Source: Bispira polyomma
Taxonomy: Eukaryota
Direction of reading: 5' to 3'
Assembly: GCA_965649765.1 (NCBI GenBank)
Contig: OZ287750.1
Span: 46,314,001 to 46,378,000, forward strand
DNA length: 64,000 bases
Shown: in pieces, positions 63,458 to 64,000 of the stretch
Layout: every line of letters begins with the position of its first letter
Numbering within the stretch: position 1 is the stretch's first letter
Position numbers and translations under genes: made by a program
The notes under the pieces: generated by a model
The model's database searches: none
What the model saw: the letters and a program-made list of their open reading frames with translations, nothing else
What the model was told of the DNA's origin: nothing

Positions 63458-63532
63458 CTTCAAGATGATACAGGAGAAGTCATTTCCTGGTATAATGGGC
63501 AGCATCTTCACAAGCTTGTTAAAGTCATCGAC
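63458..63532 (-). CDS. GADD45: GADD45-family protein (paralogue 2), penultimate coding exon; upstream exons lie outside the window
   Basis: Acceptor ttttacgtcttcag; VDDFNKLVKMLPIIPGNDFSCIILK; donor AAG|gtacgg; phase 0/0. Aligns with paralogue 1 exon 4 (VDQADKLITIL...FNCALIE). Confidence 0.75.
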
Positions 63533-64000
63533 CTGAAGACGTAAAAGATGGAGGTAGATTAATGATGAGCTATAAAGGGACAAATGGTAGTTTATCTGCC
63601 ATCTTTACTTGTATGTAGTATGATAGTTTCCTGTGGAAATGTGTATTGGTAGGAGCTGACAACTTCGTTATTTGCATCTTAGTAAAAAGTTTACTTGCCT
63701 TTTGTCAATATCACTCTTGTTGAGTCCTCCTTAGTGGTCTTGAATTTAAGAAAAAACTTAAAGCCTAAATTGAGACTTAATACATGTATCTATTGTTGGT
63801 TCCTATTTAATGCAAAGATAAATATCTTATAATTAAGAAAATAGTCTAAGAGTTAAATCTAAATTGAGACTTTTGTTATTTAGTCCAAAGGTATATTATA
63901 GAGTGAGTACAATAAGAAACCAATAGACAAAATATGGGGAGAATAACTTTATAAACCAGCACAATTACCATGAAAGTAAAAGAATTCTCTTACTAAAAAG

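Overview
AT-rich eukaryotic genomic DNA with GT-AG introns, probably a lophotrochozoan such as a mollusc (inferred from the repeat content); no prokaryotic features, CRISPR or rRNA. Four protein-coding loci are supported. (1) The 3' end of a very long exon encoding a cysteine-rich, furin-like-repeat type I membrane protein (<2-2017, +). (2) An uncharacterised, probably secreted ~580-590 aa protein encoded almost entirely by one exon (6344-8077, -). (3) A complete five-coding-exon GADD45-family gene (24705-35828, +; 171 aa) that the ORF track fragments. (4) The last two exons of a second, divergent GADD45 paralogue in convergent orientation (60946->63532, -). The rest is a repeat landscape: tRNA-derived SINEs, several TIR MITE families (two of them nested in older elements), decayed L2/CR1-type LINEs, a DIRS-type tyrosine recombinase remnant and many short tandem repeats. 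The most striking structure is a 2.6 kb, 19-20 bp minisatellite whose unit is the 5' end (A-box region) of the SINE into which it runs.
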